Shown: positions 48,268-58,282 of the stretch, one piece after another
How the letters are laid out: each line of letters starts with the position of its first letter
Position numbering within the stretch: the first letter of the stretch is position 1
From: Planctomycetota bacterium
GTDB lineage: Bacteria > Planctomycetota > PLA2
Assembly: GCA_021776785.1 (NCBI GenBank)
Contig: JAJFFF010000043.1
Coordinates: 4,196-68,195 of the forward strand
Length of the DNA stretch: 64,000 nucleotides
Reading direction: 5' to 3'
Notes under the pieces: generated by a model
The model's input: the letters and a program-made list of their open reading frames with translations, nothing else
Told to the model about the DNA's origin: nothing
Database searches by the model: none
Translations under genes and position numbers: made by a program

Positions 48268-51135
48268 GTGGAATCAGTTCAGCACCAGCTCCGTGACCTA
48301 GTCGCGCTTACCGATTTGCGCGAGCGGGTCCGGTTCGCCCAGGCACGAGTCCGCCAAGGCTTGGGGACCGCGTTGCTCGACGCCGCGCGCAAGCAGATGC
48401 GCGAAGATCCGACCGAGGCCGCCCAATTGGCCCTTTGCGCTCGAGTGGCGGTAACGCGTGAATCATCCGACGAACGAGTCGAAGCCCTTTCGCTCCTTGG
48501 TCAAGCCCAGACCCTCCGTGGGAAGTTTGCCGCCGCGGTCCGCGCCTACGAGCGCGCCATCGAGCGCGCCGTCGCGCAGCGTGACAAGACTCGGCTCCGA
48601 GCCCTGTCCTTGCACGCGCGGATTCACCTTGGTCGCGATGACGAGGTGCGCGCGATTGGCGCCGACTGCCTGACGGCCCTCGCCAAAGATCCCGACCCGA
48701 GGCTGATCGTGTTGACGCGTATGTCCTTGGCCGACCAAGCGTTTCGTCTCGACAATCCGCAGCGGGCGCTCGAGCACTACGCGGCGCTGGCGTCGATTGC
48801 GGCGCAGGCGTCGCCGCAACTGCGCGCCGTGATTGCGTGCAACCGCGCGAACGCGCTGGCGGCTTCTTACTTGTTCGAGGAAGCGGCGGCGAGTTTCGCC
48901 GAAGCGCGCGCGTTGCTGTCTGACGATCGGTTCCGCCACACGCGCGCCCAGGTACAGTCCAACACCGCGTACTTGGAGCTTTCGCAGGGTCAGTATGACG
49001 CGGCGCTGCGCCGCTACGACGACGCGAGCGCGTCGTTTGAGGAGCTCGGCGACGCGCGGCATCTCGCGCTGATCGACTTGGAGCGCGCCGAAGTGCATCT
49101 TCGGTTGAACATGCCGGCGGATGCGACACGACTCGCCGCCGCGGCATCCGCACGCTTTCGCCATCTGGGAATGAAAAAGGAGCATGCCCAGATCGAATTC
49201 GTGCGCGGGCAGGCCCTGCAAGCCCTAGGGGAGGGCCGGCAGGCGTCGGAGACTTTCCAGCTCGCGCAGGAGCTCTTTTTGGCGCTCAGCATGTACGGTC
49301 GCGTCGCGGCCTGCATGCTGCAGCGCGCGTTTCTTGCCTTGAAGCAGGGCGACGCAGATTCCGCCACCGAGCAAGTCGAGCAGGCGTCGATCCTGGTCGA
49401 GAACAGCGACGACGTTTTGTTGGCCGCGCGCGTCGAACTCATGCGCGCACGGCTCGCCGTAGAACGGGGGCTCGACTCCGACGCGACCGTTGCGCTGCAC
49501 GCCGCATCGAACGCGATTGAAGGCATTCACGCTCCGTGGCTCTCCATGGAAATCGATCGTTGGTTTGGGAAAACACGCCGCGCGCGCGGTGATACGCGCG
49601 GCGCGGTGGAGGCGTTTCGCCGCGCGATTGACACGCTGGAATCGTACCGAGGCGGAGTTCCGTCCGACGAGTACATGGCCAGCTTTCTTTCCGCGCGCGC
49701 CGACCTCTACACGGACTGCGTTGAGCTGCTCGTTTCGCTCGGCGAGATCGAGGCCGCCTACGAACTCACGGAACGCGGTAAATCGCGTGCCCTCGTGGAC
49801 TTGCTCGACGGCAAAGTCGGTCGGCCCGACGAACAGGCGCGCGACATGCTCGGCCGCGTCAATCGGTTGCGCGGCGACCTGCACGCGGTCTACAAGCGCC
49901 TCTTTGATCACGACTCCGGCCGTGAACAACGAAGCGCGCGCGCTGTGCGGGAAGCGCGTTCGATGGCCGTTCAAATCGAAGGTGAAATCCACACGTTGTT
50001 GCGCGACGCGCGCCGTGTCGACGCCGAAGCCGTGTCCCTCCAAGACGTGGTCGGTTTGTCCGTCGCCGACGTGCAAGCGACGTTGGACCCCGGTGTTGCG
50101 CTCATCGAGTACGTCACAACCGAGCGCGCGCTGGTCGCCTTCTTGCTCACGCGAGACGACCTGCACGTTGTCGTTTCTGACGTCGCCGAAGCGACCCTGC
50201 GCATGAACCTCGACCGCTTCCGTTTCCATCTCGCAAAATTCGACCGCGACACAAAAGATTCCGGGGACCTCGTCTTGGCGGCGACGCGCGCCAACCTCGC
50301 GCAGCTATCAGAACTGGTGATGGAACCGATGTCGGAGCTGCTCGACGGCGTCGACCGTCTCGTCGTCGTGCCGCACGGCGTGTTGCACGGCGCGCCGTTT
50401 CACGCGCTGCCCCTGGGCGAAGACGGATGGCTGAGCGATCGATTCGAGATCACCTACGCGCCGAGCGCGGCGGTGTATCGTTTCTGCCGCGAACGCGGAG
50501 AGGCGACGACAACCGGGGCCGCCGTGTTTGGCCTGCCGGACGAGTTGGCGCCGCTGATCGAACAGGAAGCGCGCGCGGTAGCGGCGCACTTGGGCACCGA
50601 AAACCTGCACTTGCGCGAAGACGCCACGTTGGAGGCGTTTTCTCGCAACTGTAAAGATGCACGGTTCATCCACATCGCGACGCACGGCATGTTTCGGCCG
50701 GAGCGACCGATGCTCAGCGCCATCCGGTTTGCGGACCGTTGGCTCAATCTCTACGACTTTTATGATTTCACGTTGGACGCCGAACTTGTCGTGCTGTCTA
50801 CGTGCGAGAGCGGGATTGCGGGCGTTACAGCCAGTGACGAAGTCTTCGGACTGACGCGCGGGCTTCTCTATGCCGGCGCCCGCGCGATGGTTACCAGTCA
50901 ATGGCGCGTCAACGACGCAGCGACGACGACCTTCATGGATTGCTTTTATGGCGCGTTGAGTGCGGGCACAAGCCCCGCGGCAGCGATGCAGCAAGCCATG
51001 CGCACCGTTCGAGAAACAAAACCGCACCCGTACTACTGGGCGCCGTTTTTTCTCACGGGTTGGACACAAATGACGCACTCGGGGCGGGGACGAAGGACCC
51101 GCACGAGTTCGACTCTAGTAGCTACGGGAACGTAA
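48268..51135 (+). CDS. TPR-repeat CHAT-domain (caspase/separase-like) protease
   Basis: N-terminal TPR-like helices; ERGKSRAL, VPHGVLHGAPF, HIATHG (His), VVLSTCESG (Cys), SQWRVND, HPYYWAPF. Confidence 0.92.
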   Translation: MESVQHQLRDLVALTDLRERVRFAQARVRQGLGTALLDAARKQMREDPTEAAQLALCARVAVTRESSDERVEALSLLGQAQTLRGKFAAAVRAYERAIERAVAQRDKTRLRALSLHARIHLGRDDEVRAIGADCLTALAKDPDPRLIVLTRMSLADQAFRLDNPQRALEHYAALASIAAQASPQLRAVIACNRANALAASYLFEEAAASFAEARALLSDDRFRHTRAQVQSNTAYLELSQGQYDAALRRYDDASASFEELGDARHLALIDLERAEVHLRLNMPADATRLAAAASARFRHLGMKKEHAQIEFVRGQALQALGEGRQASETFQLAQELFLALSMYGRVAACMLQRAFLALKQGDADSATEQVEQASILVENSDDVLLAARVELMRARLAVERGLDSDATVALHAASNAIEGIHAPWLSMEIDRWFGKTRRARGDTRGAVEAFRRAIDTLESYRGGVPSDEYMASFLSARADLYTDCVELLVSLGEIEAAYELTERGKSRALVDLLDGKVGRPDEQARDMLGRVNRLRGDLHAVYKRLFDHDSGREQRSARAVREARSMAVQIEGEIHTLLRDARRVDAEAVSLQDVVGLSVADVQATLDPGVALIEYVTTERALVAFLLTRDDLHVVVSDVAEATLRMNLDRFRFHLAKFDRDTKDSGDLVLAATRANLAQLSELVMEPMSELLDGVDRLVVVPHGVLHGAPFHALPLGEDGWLSDRFEITYAPSAAVYRFCRERGEATTTGAAVFGLPDELAPLIEQEARAVAAHLGTENLHLREDATLEAFSRNCKDARFIHIATHGMFRPERPMLSAIRFADRWLNLYDFYDFTLDAELVVLSTCESGIAGVTASDEVFGLTRGLLYAGARAMVTSQWRVNDAATTTFMDCFYGALSAGTSPAAAMQQAMRTVRETKPHPYYWAPFFLTGWTQMTHSGRGRRTRTSSTLVATGT

Positions 51136-51147
51136 AGGACACTGGGA

Positions 51148-52296
51148 ATGAACATGAACTGGGGACGAATGCGCCAGCTGACAGGAATGTTGGCGCTGCT
51201 TTGTCTTTGTACGCACAGCGTCGAAGCTGGCGATAAAGGCAAGGGGAACAACAAGACGACGGAATCGTCGTCGGACGGCGGGATCAACCCGTCCAACGTG
51301 GCGGTCACCGAGTCGGATTTCGAGGCTTCGAGCTCGCCGAAGGAAGAGTCGACGTCCACCGAGTCGTCGACCTACGACGCGAATGCGGGCTCTTCGCAAG
51401 AGCCGACGCCCAGCGAGCCGTCGACGTACGACGCGAATGCGGGGTACTCGCAGGAGCCGATGTCGCCGGAAGAACAGATGCACATCTACGAGGCGCATCA
51501 GCGCGCAACGGGTAGTGGCGTCGTGATTGCCGTGCTGGATGCCGGCTTCGACGCCGCGCATCCGGCCATCGCAGCCAACGTCGTGGGCGGCTATGACGCC
51601 ATCGATGGCGACAGCGACCCGACGGATTTGGGGAACGGCTGGGACGATGACGGAGACGGCATCGTCGACAATGGCGTCGGGCACGGCACCTTCGTTACGG
51701 GCATGATCTTGCGTGCGGCGCCGGACGCGATGATCGTTCCGATCCGCGTGCGCAACGACGAAGGTTGGGGCAGCAACGACGTGACAGCCGACGGCCTCGA
51801 AATGGCCATTCGCATGGGTGTCGACGTGATCAACATGTCGCTCTCGACCGGCAGCGGCGGGTTCACTCGGATCCGAAGGCTGCTAGCTAAGGCCGAGAGG
51901 CAGGGCATCTTCGTTGTAGTCTCGGCTGGCAACGCGTCAAGCAGCGAGCTCGATGCGCTCGGCAAGATCAAGTCCACGATCGTCGTGGGCGCAGTAGATG
52001 CAACGAACACAGTCGCGACCTTCTCGAACGTGTCGAACACCACTTACTGGATGGTCTACGCTCCCGGCGTCGACCTCCTTGGGCCCACGACGCGTGGTGA
52101 GTACCGCTACTGGAGCGGAACGTCGTTCGCGGCCGGCTTCGTGACCGGCGGCGCGGCGCTCGCGCTGGAAGCACACAAGAACATCGCGCTTTGGGAACTG
52201 CGCCAACTCCTGCGCGATTCGATCGATCCGGTCAAGAGCGCGGACGGCGGCTACATCGACAGTGGTTTGCTAAACCTCGCACAGGTCGTCCGATGA
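51148..52296 (+). CDS. S8 subtilisin-like serine protease with signal peptide
   Basis: Catalytic triad VAVLDAG / GHGT / WSGTSFAA; oxyanion SAGN; acidic DDDGDGIVD loop. Confidence 0.9.
   Translation: MNMNWGRMRQLTGMLALLCLCTHSVEAGDKGKGNNKTTESSSDGGINPSNVAVTESDFEASSSPKEESTSTESSTYDANAGSSQEPTPSEPSTYDANAGYSQEPMSPEEQMHIYEAHQRATGSGVVIAVLDAGFDAAHPAIAANVVGGYDAIDGDSDPTDLGNGWDDDGDGIVDNGVGHGTFVTGMILRAAPDAMIVPIRVRNDEGWGSNDVTADGLEMAIRMGVDVINMSLSTGSGGFTRIRRLLAKAERQGIFVVVSAGNASSSELDALGKIKSTIVVGAVDATNTVATFSNVSNTTYWMVYAPGVDLLGPTTRGEYRYWSGTSFAAGFVTGGAALALEAHKNIALWELRQLLRDSIDPVKSADGGYIDSGLLNLAQVVR
51361..51468 (+). repeat. Two imperfect 54-bp tandem copies (ESSTYDANAGSSQEPTPS / EPSTYDANAGYSQEPMSP)
   Basis: Direct DNA and protein repeat in the S8 N-terminal linker. 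Confidence 0.85.
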
Positions 52297-52673
52297 CAGC
52301 GGCGACAATCGCTCTGCCGCAGGGCTGGATCGCCCCGAAACGGGCGATCGCCGCGTCCGGCGTGCGCGGCGGCGGCAGCGAGTTTCAACTCGTTTGCGGC
52401 GTCGGGACCTACGAGCTCGACTTGTTGGTCCGCGACTTTCATGAAGTCTTCGAACTGATGGGCCAAGTCACAGAAGGCGAAAGCATTTATGCACCCGTGC
52501 GCGGGCTGCCCGTGCAACTCGTCGACGCGGATGGAAATCCGATCGGCGAACTTGGATCGACGAACGAGTTTGGTGAATTCGAGTCGAAAGCGGATGAGCG
52601 CGGGCTCATCGGGCTTCGGCTCGGGACGGGCGAGGACGCCCCGTGTGTTCTCGTTAGAGGTGAATCACAATGA
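52293..52673 (+). CDS. Small CHAT-associated beta-sandwich protein A (GVRG motif)
   Basis: ATGA-coupled to the S8 gene; SGVRG..YELDLLV..LMGQV..TNEFGEF. Confidence 0.75.
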   Translation: MTAATIALPQGWIAPKRAIAASGVRGGGSEFQLVCGVGTYELDLLVRDFHEVFELMGQVTEGESIYAPVRGLPVQLVDADGNPIGELGSTNEFGEFESKADERGLIGLRLGTGEDAPCVLVRGESQ

Positions 52674-53029
52674 AAACTATCAAAGCCGTCGTCCGTTTCG
52701 ACTCGGACGCCGAACTGGCGCGTATCGGCACTCGCGGATTTGCGAGCGTGAACACGCGCACGCTGATGTTTCAGGGGGAAGGCATGTCGATTGACGTGCT
52801 GATGCAGGATGCCGGTTCGATGAAGATCATGCACGGCCAAGCTGTGCGGATTCCGGTGGGCGCGCCTGTGGATGACGCAGCGGTCATCGCGGGCGACAAC
52901 GAAGCGCAAACCGATCGCATGGGGCAGTTTGTCCTCTCACTGATGGATTCCCATCACGAGTGCTTTTACGTGCGTCGCGGCGACGTGCAACTGGTCTGCG
53001 AGATACCGCAGGCGCCCGTGCTGCCGTGA
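52670..53029 (+). CDS. Small CHAT-associated beta-sandwich protein B (FDS..GTRG motif), paralog of A
   Basis: ATGA-coupled, SD GAGG; RFDSD..IGTRG..SIDVLM..MHGQA..TDRMGQF. Confidence 0.75.
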   Translation: MKTIKAVVRFDSDAELARIGTRGFASVNTRTLMFQGEGMSIDVLMQDAGSMKIMHGQAVRIPVGAPVDDAAVIAGDNEAQTDRMGQFVLSLMDSHHECFYVRRGDVQLVCEIPQAPVLP

Positions 53030-53799
53030 ACAAGAAGTTAGACGCAAAAAAAATGGCGAGCGCTGGAGCAATGTCCAGCGCTCGCGCGCGTCGTGCGGCC
53101 CAGAACGAAGTCGTCATGCTGAAGGAGCTCTTGGAGCACCAGCAACGCGTGTCGCAGGCCGGCCTGATTACGGCGGCGCTCGCGCATGACGTGGACAACC
53201 ACGCACAGGTGCTGACGGGCGCGACGTTTCTCGCGTTGCGCAGCGACGATCCCGCCGAGTGGCGGCGCGCCTTGGAGATCGTGCAGGAGCGCTGTTTCGC
53301 GATGACCGAAGTCACCCGCTCGTTTCTGGGCTTCTTGCGGCGCAAGGACGTGCATGGGGTAGGAGCTTTCGGGCTCATGCGCGCCGTCAAGGAAGCGCGG
53401 CAACTCGTCGAGCTCCTTGCGAAACAGGAAGACGTGACGCTGAGCGTCGTGGTCGATGACGACGCGAACCTGATGGGCGAGCACCGGGTGCTGGTCCAGG
53501 CATTGGTGAACTTGTTGTCGAATGCTGTGAAGGCTGTCGCCGGTCGAAACGAAGGAGCGGTCGTCTTGGAGGTCACACTCCTGGAAACGGAGGCGCGCGT
53601 TGTTGTGTCGGACAACGGGCCCGGCATTCCCGACGAGATCCGGTCGCGCATCTTCCGGCCGATGGCGACAACCGATGGACACGGCATTGGACTGTTCATC
53701 GTCCGCCAAAACATCCGGCGCCTCGGCGGCTCGATCCGTGTCGAGAGCTCCGATGCTGGAACCACGTTCGAGTTGCGCCTGCCGTTGCTCGACCACTAG
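53026..53799 (+). CDS. Histidine kinase (HisKA + HATPase) lacking a sensor or TM domain
   Basis: H-box ALAHDVDN, N-box NLLSNAVKA, G1 DNGPGIP, G2 GHGIGL; GTGA overlap with the previous stop. Confidence 0.85.
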   Translation: MNKKLDAKKMASAGAMSSARARRAAQNEVVMLKELLEHQQRVSQAGLITAALAHDVDNHAQVLTGATFLALRSDDPAEWRRALEIVQERCFAMTEVTRSFLGFLRRKDVHGVGAFGLMRAVKEARQLVELLAKQEDVTLSVVVDDDANLMGEHRVLVQALVNLLSNAVKAVAGRNEGAVVLEVTLLETEARVVVSDNGPGIPDEIRSRIFRPMATTDGHGIGLFIVRQNIRRLGGSIRVESSDAGTTFELRLPLLDH

Positions 53800-53899
53800 C
53801 CTGTCGAGGGCGAGCCGATTCGCGGCCGGTCGTGATCGTTTGCCGTCGCTGTCTCCAGGAGACCCAGCGAGAAAGCGATGCAAAATCGGCGCGATCGTT

Positions 53900-54931
53900 C
53901 TAGACGCCGGGAAGCTCGGCGACATTACCGCGCGCGATCTCTCGGATCGCGTGCAATTGCGGCACCAACGCGGCGAGCGTCTCGGGCAACAGCGCTTGCG
54001 CCGCGTCACTGCGCGCGGCCTTCGGCTTCGGATGCATTTCGATCAGGAGGCCATCGGCCCCCGCCGCCACCGCCGCCCGCGCCATCGCCGGCACCAGATC
54101 CGCGCGCCCCGTGCCGTGACTCGGGTCCACGACGATCGGAAGGTGGGACAGGCGCTTGACGAGCGGAACCGAGCTCAGATCGAGTTGGTTGCGCACGGCT
54201 GTATCGAACGACACCAAGCCGCGTTCGCACAAGATCACACGATCGTTGCCACCGTTGAGAATGTACTCGGCGGCGCACAACCACTCTTCTACGGTGCACG
54301 CGCGCCCGCGCTTGAGCAGGATCGGTGAATCCGTCTTCGCGGCCGCTTTTAGCAGCGCGAAGTTTTGCATGTTGCGAGTGCCGATCTGAATGATGTCGGC
54401 GTGCTCCGCAACCTGGTCGATGTGACGCGTGTCCATCGCTTCCGTGATGACGGCGAGGCCGAAGTGGCGACCGGCGTCGCGCAGCATCTTGAGCCCCGGC
54501 TTACCGAGACCTTGGAACTGGTAGGGCGACGTTCGCGGTTTGAACGCGCCGCCGCGCAGGATCGTCGCGCCGGCCGCGCGCACGGCTTCCGCCGCGGCGA
54601 AAATACCCTCTTCGGACTCCACCGCACAAGGCCCCGCCATCACGACGAGGTGCGCGCCGCCGATTCCGTCCGTGCCCACCTCGACGACGGTGTCGCGCGG
54701 GTGAAACTCGCGCGCCGCCAGCCGGTAGGGCTTTTTGAACGCGACGACTTTTTCCACGCCGTCGAACGCCGCGAGGGACACGCCACGGATGCGATCTTCG
54801 TCGCCGCCGACCGTGATCACGACGCGGTGGTGGTCCTCGGAGACTCGGGCACGGAGACCCGCCGCTTCGATGGCGCGGACCAACGCGATCCGCTGCTCGG
54901 GCGTGCAGCCGGCACGCAAAACGACGATCAT
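53900..54931 (-). CDS. aroF: 3-deoxy-7-phosphoheptulonate (DAHP) synthase, type I-beta, with N-terminal regulatory domain
   Basis: AGPCAVE, RGGAFKPRTSPY, QIGTRNMQNF, LCERG, DPSHGTG. Confidence 0.94.
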   Translation of the reverse strand: MIVVLRAGCTPEQRIALVRAIEAAGLRARVSEDHHRVVITVGGDEDRIRGVSLAAFDGVEKVVAFKKPYRLAAREFHPRDTVVEVGTDGIGGAHLVVMAGPCAVESEEGIFAAAEAVRAAGATILRGGAFKPRTSPYQFQGLGKPGLKMLRDAGRHFGLAVITEAMDTRHIDQVAEHADIIQIGTRNMQNFALLKAAAKTDSPILLKRGRACTVEEWLCAAEYILNGGNDRVILCERGLVSFDTAVRNQLDLSSVPLVKRLSHLPIVVDPSHGTGRADLVPAMARAAVAAGADGLLIEMHPKPKAARSDAAQALLPETLAALVPQLHAIREIARGNVAELPGV

Positions 54932-55033
54932 GGGGCCCAGAGTTTACCAGCGCGACCGTGCGGGCCCAGCATCATCAAATCAGCCGAGCGAAACCTGCCA
55001 CGCGGACCGAAAACCCGCCCTCCGCGCGCCGTC

Positions 55034-55993
55034 TTAGACGGTTTCTTCGACGGGCGTCTCTAAGATGACCTGCGCGAGACGAGCGTAGTCCTTGGCGCCT
55101 TTTGAATTGGGGAACGCGAACCCGACCGGCGTTCGCATCATGGGCGCGCGCACCAGGTTGGCGTCGGTGCGGATTGGGGCGAGGACGCGATCTTTTAGAC
55201 CGCTCTCAATCGCCGTCAATATCTCGCGCCCGACCTTTAAGCGCCCGTCGATCTTGGTCGGCAAGAACCGAAGGGTGACGCCGCGGTCCAACCGGCTGCG
55301 AATCAGTGCGACGGTGTTGGTTAAGTCGCTAATCGCTTTGATCGAATAGCTCTGTGCTTCGATCGGCACAATCGCCTCGCGGCACGCGACCAGAGCGTTC
55401 ACCGTCACCAGGCTCAGGTTGGGCGGACAGTCGATCACGATGAAATCGAACTGGTCGTGAATCGGCTCCAACTTGCGGTCCAGGATGGTTTCGCGCAAAA
55501 ACGCGTCGAAGATCTTGATCTCGACGCCCGCCAGGCGCGGGCGGGCCGGAATGCACGACAGGCCGGGGAACAGCGTCGCTTGGATGACCGATTGCGCGTC
55601 CATCTTTTCGTCGACGAACAGCTCCTCGACCGAACTCTCATCGTCGGTCAGCTCCAAGCCCAACGATGCCGTGAGGTTGGCTTGCGGATCGAGGTCGATC
55701 GCCAACACGCGGCGTCCGCGCGCGACGAGCGCGCCAGCGAGGTTGAACGCCGTGGTCGTTTTGCCGACGCCGCCCTTCTGATTGACGACGGCGATGCGGC
55801 GATTTTGCGGCCCCTGCATCTGATGCACGATGCGCCGCGCCTCGTCAAAATCGTAGATGCGGTGGTTGGATTCATCGCGCCGGGCGGCCGGGACACGGCC
55901 GTCGGCCTCCCAGTCTCTCAGGGCACGCGACTCGATCCCCGCCATGCGGGCGACCTCGCCAATTGTGAAGTGGGGCTTTATCTTGCGGATCAA
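55034..55993 (-). CDS. MerR-type HTH fused to a ParA/Soj ATPase
   Basis: FTIGEVARMAGI..LRDWE..RDESNHRIY; NQKGGVGKTT, DLDPQAN, IDCPPNL. Confidence 0.88.
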   Translation of the reverse strand: MIRKIKPHFTIGEVARMAGIESRALRDWEADGRVPAARRDESNHRIYDFDEARRIVHQMQGPQNRRIAVVNQKGGVGKTTTAFNLAGALVARGRRVLAIDLDPQANLTASLGLELTDDESSVEELFVDEKMDAQSVIQATLFPGLSCIPARPRLAGVEIKIFDAFLRETILDRKLEPIHDQFDFIVIDCPPNLSLVTVNALVACREAIVPIEAQSYSIKAISDLTNTVALIRSRLDRGVTLRFLPTKIDGRLKVGREILTAIESGLKDRVLAPIRTDANLVRAPMMRTPVGFAFPNSKGAKDYARLAQVILETPVEETV

Positions 55994-56329
55994 CGGTTCT
56001 TATCCTACGAGATGCTGTATGTACCGGCAAGGGCGCGGGTCCGAAAACGGGCCCGGAGCCGAATGCTCCGGCGCGGCGTTGGCCCTCAGCGCTCGGCCGC
56101 GATGACCGGAATCCGCCGGATCGGAAACCGTCGCTTTCTCCCGGGCTGCGCTGTCGTAAAATCCATGGACCGAGAGGGTTGCGACCGAGCGGGCAGAGCG
56201 ACGACGACGCAAGTCGACCCTCCGCGTGCGAAATCGCTCCCTTTTGAACATCGCTGTCGGATACTGGGTCTGACGAACGGGGGCCTTGGTTGGGCACTTC
56301 AAAGTCTCAACATCATCAGATGTTGAACC

Positions 56330-58282
56330 ATGAACACGCGCGAGGACATCCCATTGCCGACGTTTTTTGTTGTCGAGGACGGTGAGACGACGCAGGTCCG
56401 CGTCGATAAATCGACAATCACGGTCGGGCGCTCGTCCGCGCGCGACATCTACGTCAAAGACATTCGGGTCTCCCGCCACCACTGCACCTTAGACAGCGCG
56501 GGGGACGACCTGCTCGTGCTCGATAAGGGGACGCCGAACGGCACGTACGTGAACGGCGCGCGCGTCGATAAGCAGCCGGTCGTGGCCGGGGATCGCATCG
56601 ATGTGGGCGCCGCGCGCATTTACGTCGAGCGGTTGCCGGTCGAGGAGCAGCGCGAAGAGTCGACTTGGACCGGCGAGGGCGACCGCCTGTACAAGGCCCC
56701 GCTCCCGACCGAACATGATCAGTTGGAGCGTTTGCAACGCATCGCGGCCGCGCTCAACTCCGAGCTCGATCTCGATCGCATCCTCGACCTGATCATGGAT
56801 CACGTCGTTGAAATTGCGCAGGCCGAGCGCGGCTTTTTGGTGCTGAAGTCGGGCGACACGATCACGGTGCCGGTGGCGCGCAACTTCCAGCGCGAAGATG
56901 TCATGCGGCCGGAACAGTCGTTTAGCCGTTCGATCGCCGATCGCGTGGCGCTCGGCGGCGACGCGGTCGTCACGGTCGATGCGCGCTCCGACAACCGTTT
57001 TGCGGAGTTTCAATCGATCCATGAGATCGCGCCGCGTTCGGTTCTGTGTATGCCGTTTCGCGAGCGCGGCCGGACCGTCGGTGTCGTCTACATCGACAAC
57101 CGCATCGCGCGCGGGGTCTTTGGGCGTGAGCACTTGGACGCGTTACAAAGTTTCGCCGACCTCGCCGCGGGCGCGATCTTGCGTGCGCAGGTGGAGCGGG
57201 AGCGCGACAACGCTCTGCTCCGCGTCAAGGCCATGTACGCCGAACTCAAGAACAAGTACGAGGAGCAGGGCGGACGCCTCCAGGAGATGGAGCGTGTGCT
57301 GGAGGCACGCCAAGCGTCACGTTCGACCAAACACGAGTACCCCGAAATCGTGGGCGAGAGCGATGTCATGCGCGCCGTGCTGGCGTTGCTCGACAAAATT
57401 GTTGCTTCCGACGAGACCGTCCTCATCGAAGGCGAGAACGGAACCGGTAAGGAGCTCATCGCGCAAGCGATCCATCGCAATAGCCGCCGGCAAAAAGGGC
57501 CGTTCATTGCGGAGAACGTGGCGGCGATCCCAGAGACTTTGGTCGAGAGCGAACTGTTCGGTCATACGCGCGGATCGTTCACCGGCGCGGACCGCGACAA
57601 ACGCGGGCTGTTCGAGCAAGCCGACGGCGGCACGCTGTTTCTCGATGAGGTCGGCGACATGCCGCTCGACGTGCAAAAGAAGCTGTTGCGCGTGCTCGAG
57701 ACGCGCGAAGTGCGCCGCGTCGGCGGCAAGGACACGATCAAGGTGGACGTGCGGATCATCTCCGCGACCAACCGTGACCTGCGCCGCATGGTGGAGGAGA
57801 ACGATTACCGCGAGGATCTGTTCTATCGCCTGCGCGTTCTCGCGATCGAGCTCCCGTCGCTGCGGGAGCGGCGTGGCGATGTCGCGCTTCTCGCGACTCA
57901 TTTTCTCCAGTCCCACGCCCCGAAGGGGGGCCGCGGCAAACAGATGACGTCGGCCGCGTTGAAGGCGATGGAGGCCTACCACTGGCCGGGCAACATCCGC
58001 GAGCTACAAAACGAGGTCCGTCGGCTGGTCACGTTTGCCGGGGACGTGATTCACGAGGAGGACCTGTCGGATCAGGTGCGGCAGGGGCCCCGCGCGTTCG
58101 CGGGCGTTCCGGGCGATTCCGACGAAGTTAGGAATCTGGACCAACTTGTCCGACAAGTAGAAGTGGACGAGATCCGCAAAGCGCTGGCTCTGGCGAGTAA
58201 TAACAAGACAAAGGCCGCCAAGATGTTGGGCATCTCGCGCTTCACACTTCAACGGAAAATGGAAAAGTACAACCTCGGATGA
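56330..58282 (+). CDS. FHA-GAF-AAA+ sigma54-dependent activator with Fis-type HTH
   Basis: FHA (VGRS..VSRHH..NGTYVNG), [52 protein letters not shown]. Confidence 0.93.
   Translation: MNTREDIPLPTFFVVEDGETTQVRVDKSTITVGRSSARDIYVKDIRVSRHHCTLDSAGDDLLVLDKGTPNGTYVNGARVDKQPVVAGDRIDVGAARIYVERLPVEEQREESTWTGEGDRLYKAPLPTEHDQLERLQRIAAALNSELDLDRILDLIMDHVVEIAQAERGFLVLKSGDTITVPVARNFQREDVMRPEQSFSRSIADRVALGGDAVVTVDARSDNRFAEFQSIHEIAPRSVLCMPFRERGRTVGVVYIDNRIARGVFGREHLDALQSFADLAAGAILRAQVERERDNALLRVKAMYAELKNKYEEQGGRLQEMERVLEARQASRSTKHEYPEIVGESDVMRAVLALLDKIVASDETVLIEGENGTGKELIAQAIHRNSRRQKGPFIAENVAAIPETLVESELFGHTRGSFTGADRDKRGLFEQADGGTLFLDEVGDMPLDVQKKLLRVLETREVRRVGGKDTIKVDVRIISATNRDLRRMVEENDYREDLFYRLRVLAIELPSLRERRGDVALLATHFLQSHAPKGGRGKQMTSAALKAMEAYHWPGNIRELQNEVRRLVTFAGDVIHEEDLSDQVRQGPRAFAGVPGDSDEVRNLDQLVRQVEVDEIRKALALASNNKTKAAKMLGISRFTLQRKMEKYNLG

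Noticed and set aside
51361..51468. Possible CRISPR-like repeat
   Set aside because: Only two in-frame coding copies, no spacers and no cas genes.
55994..56329. parS site or sigma54 -24/-12 promoter
   Set aside because: No convincing match to either consensus was found by eye.
57570..57590. GSFTGA instead of GAFTGA in the sigma54 activator
   Set aside because: A common variant; not evidence of sigma54 independence.
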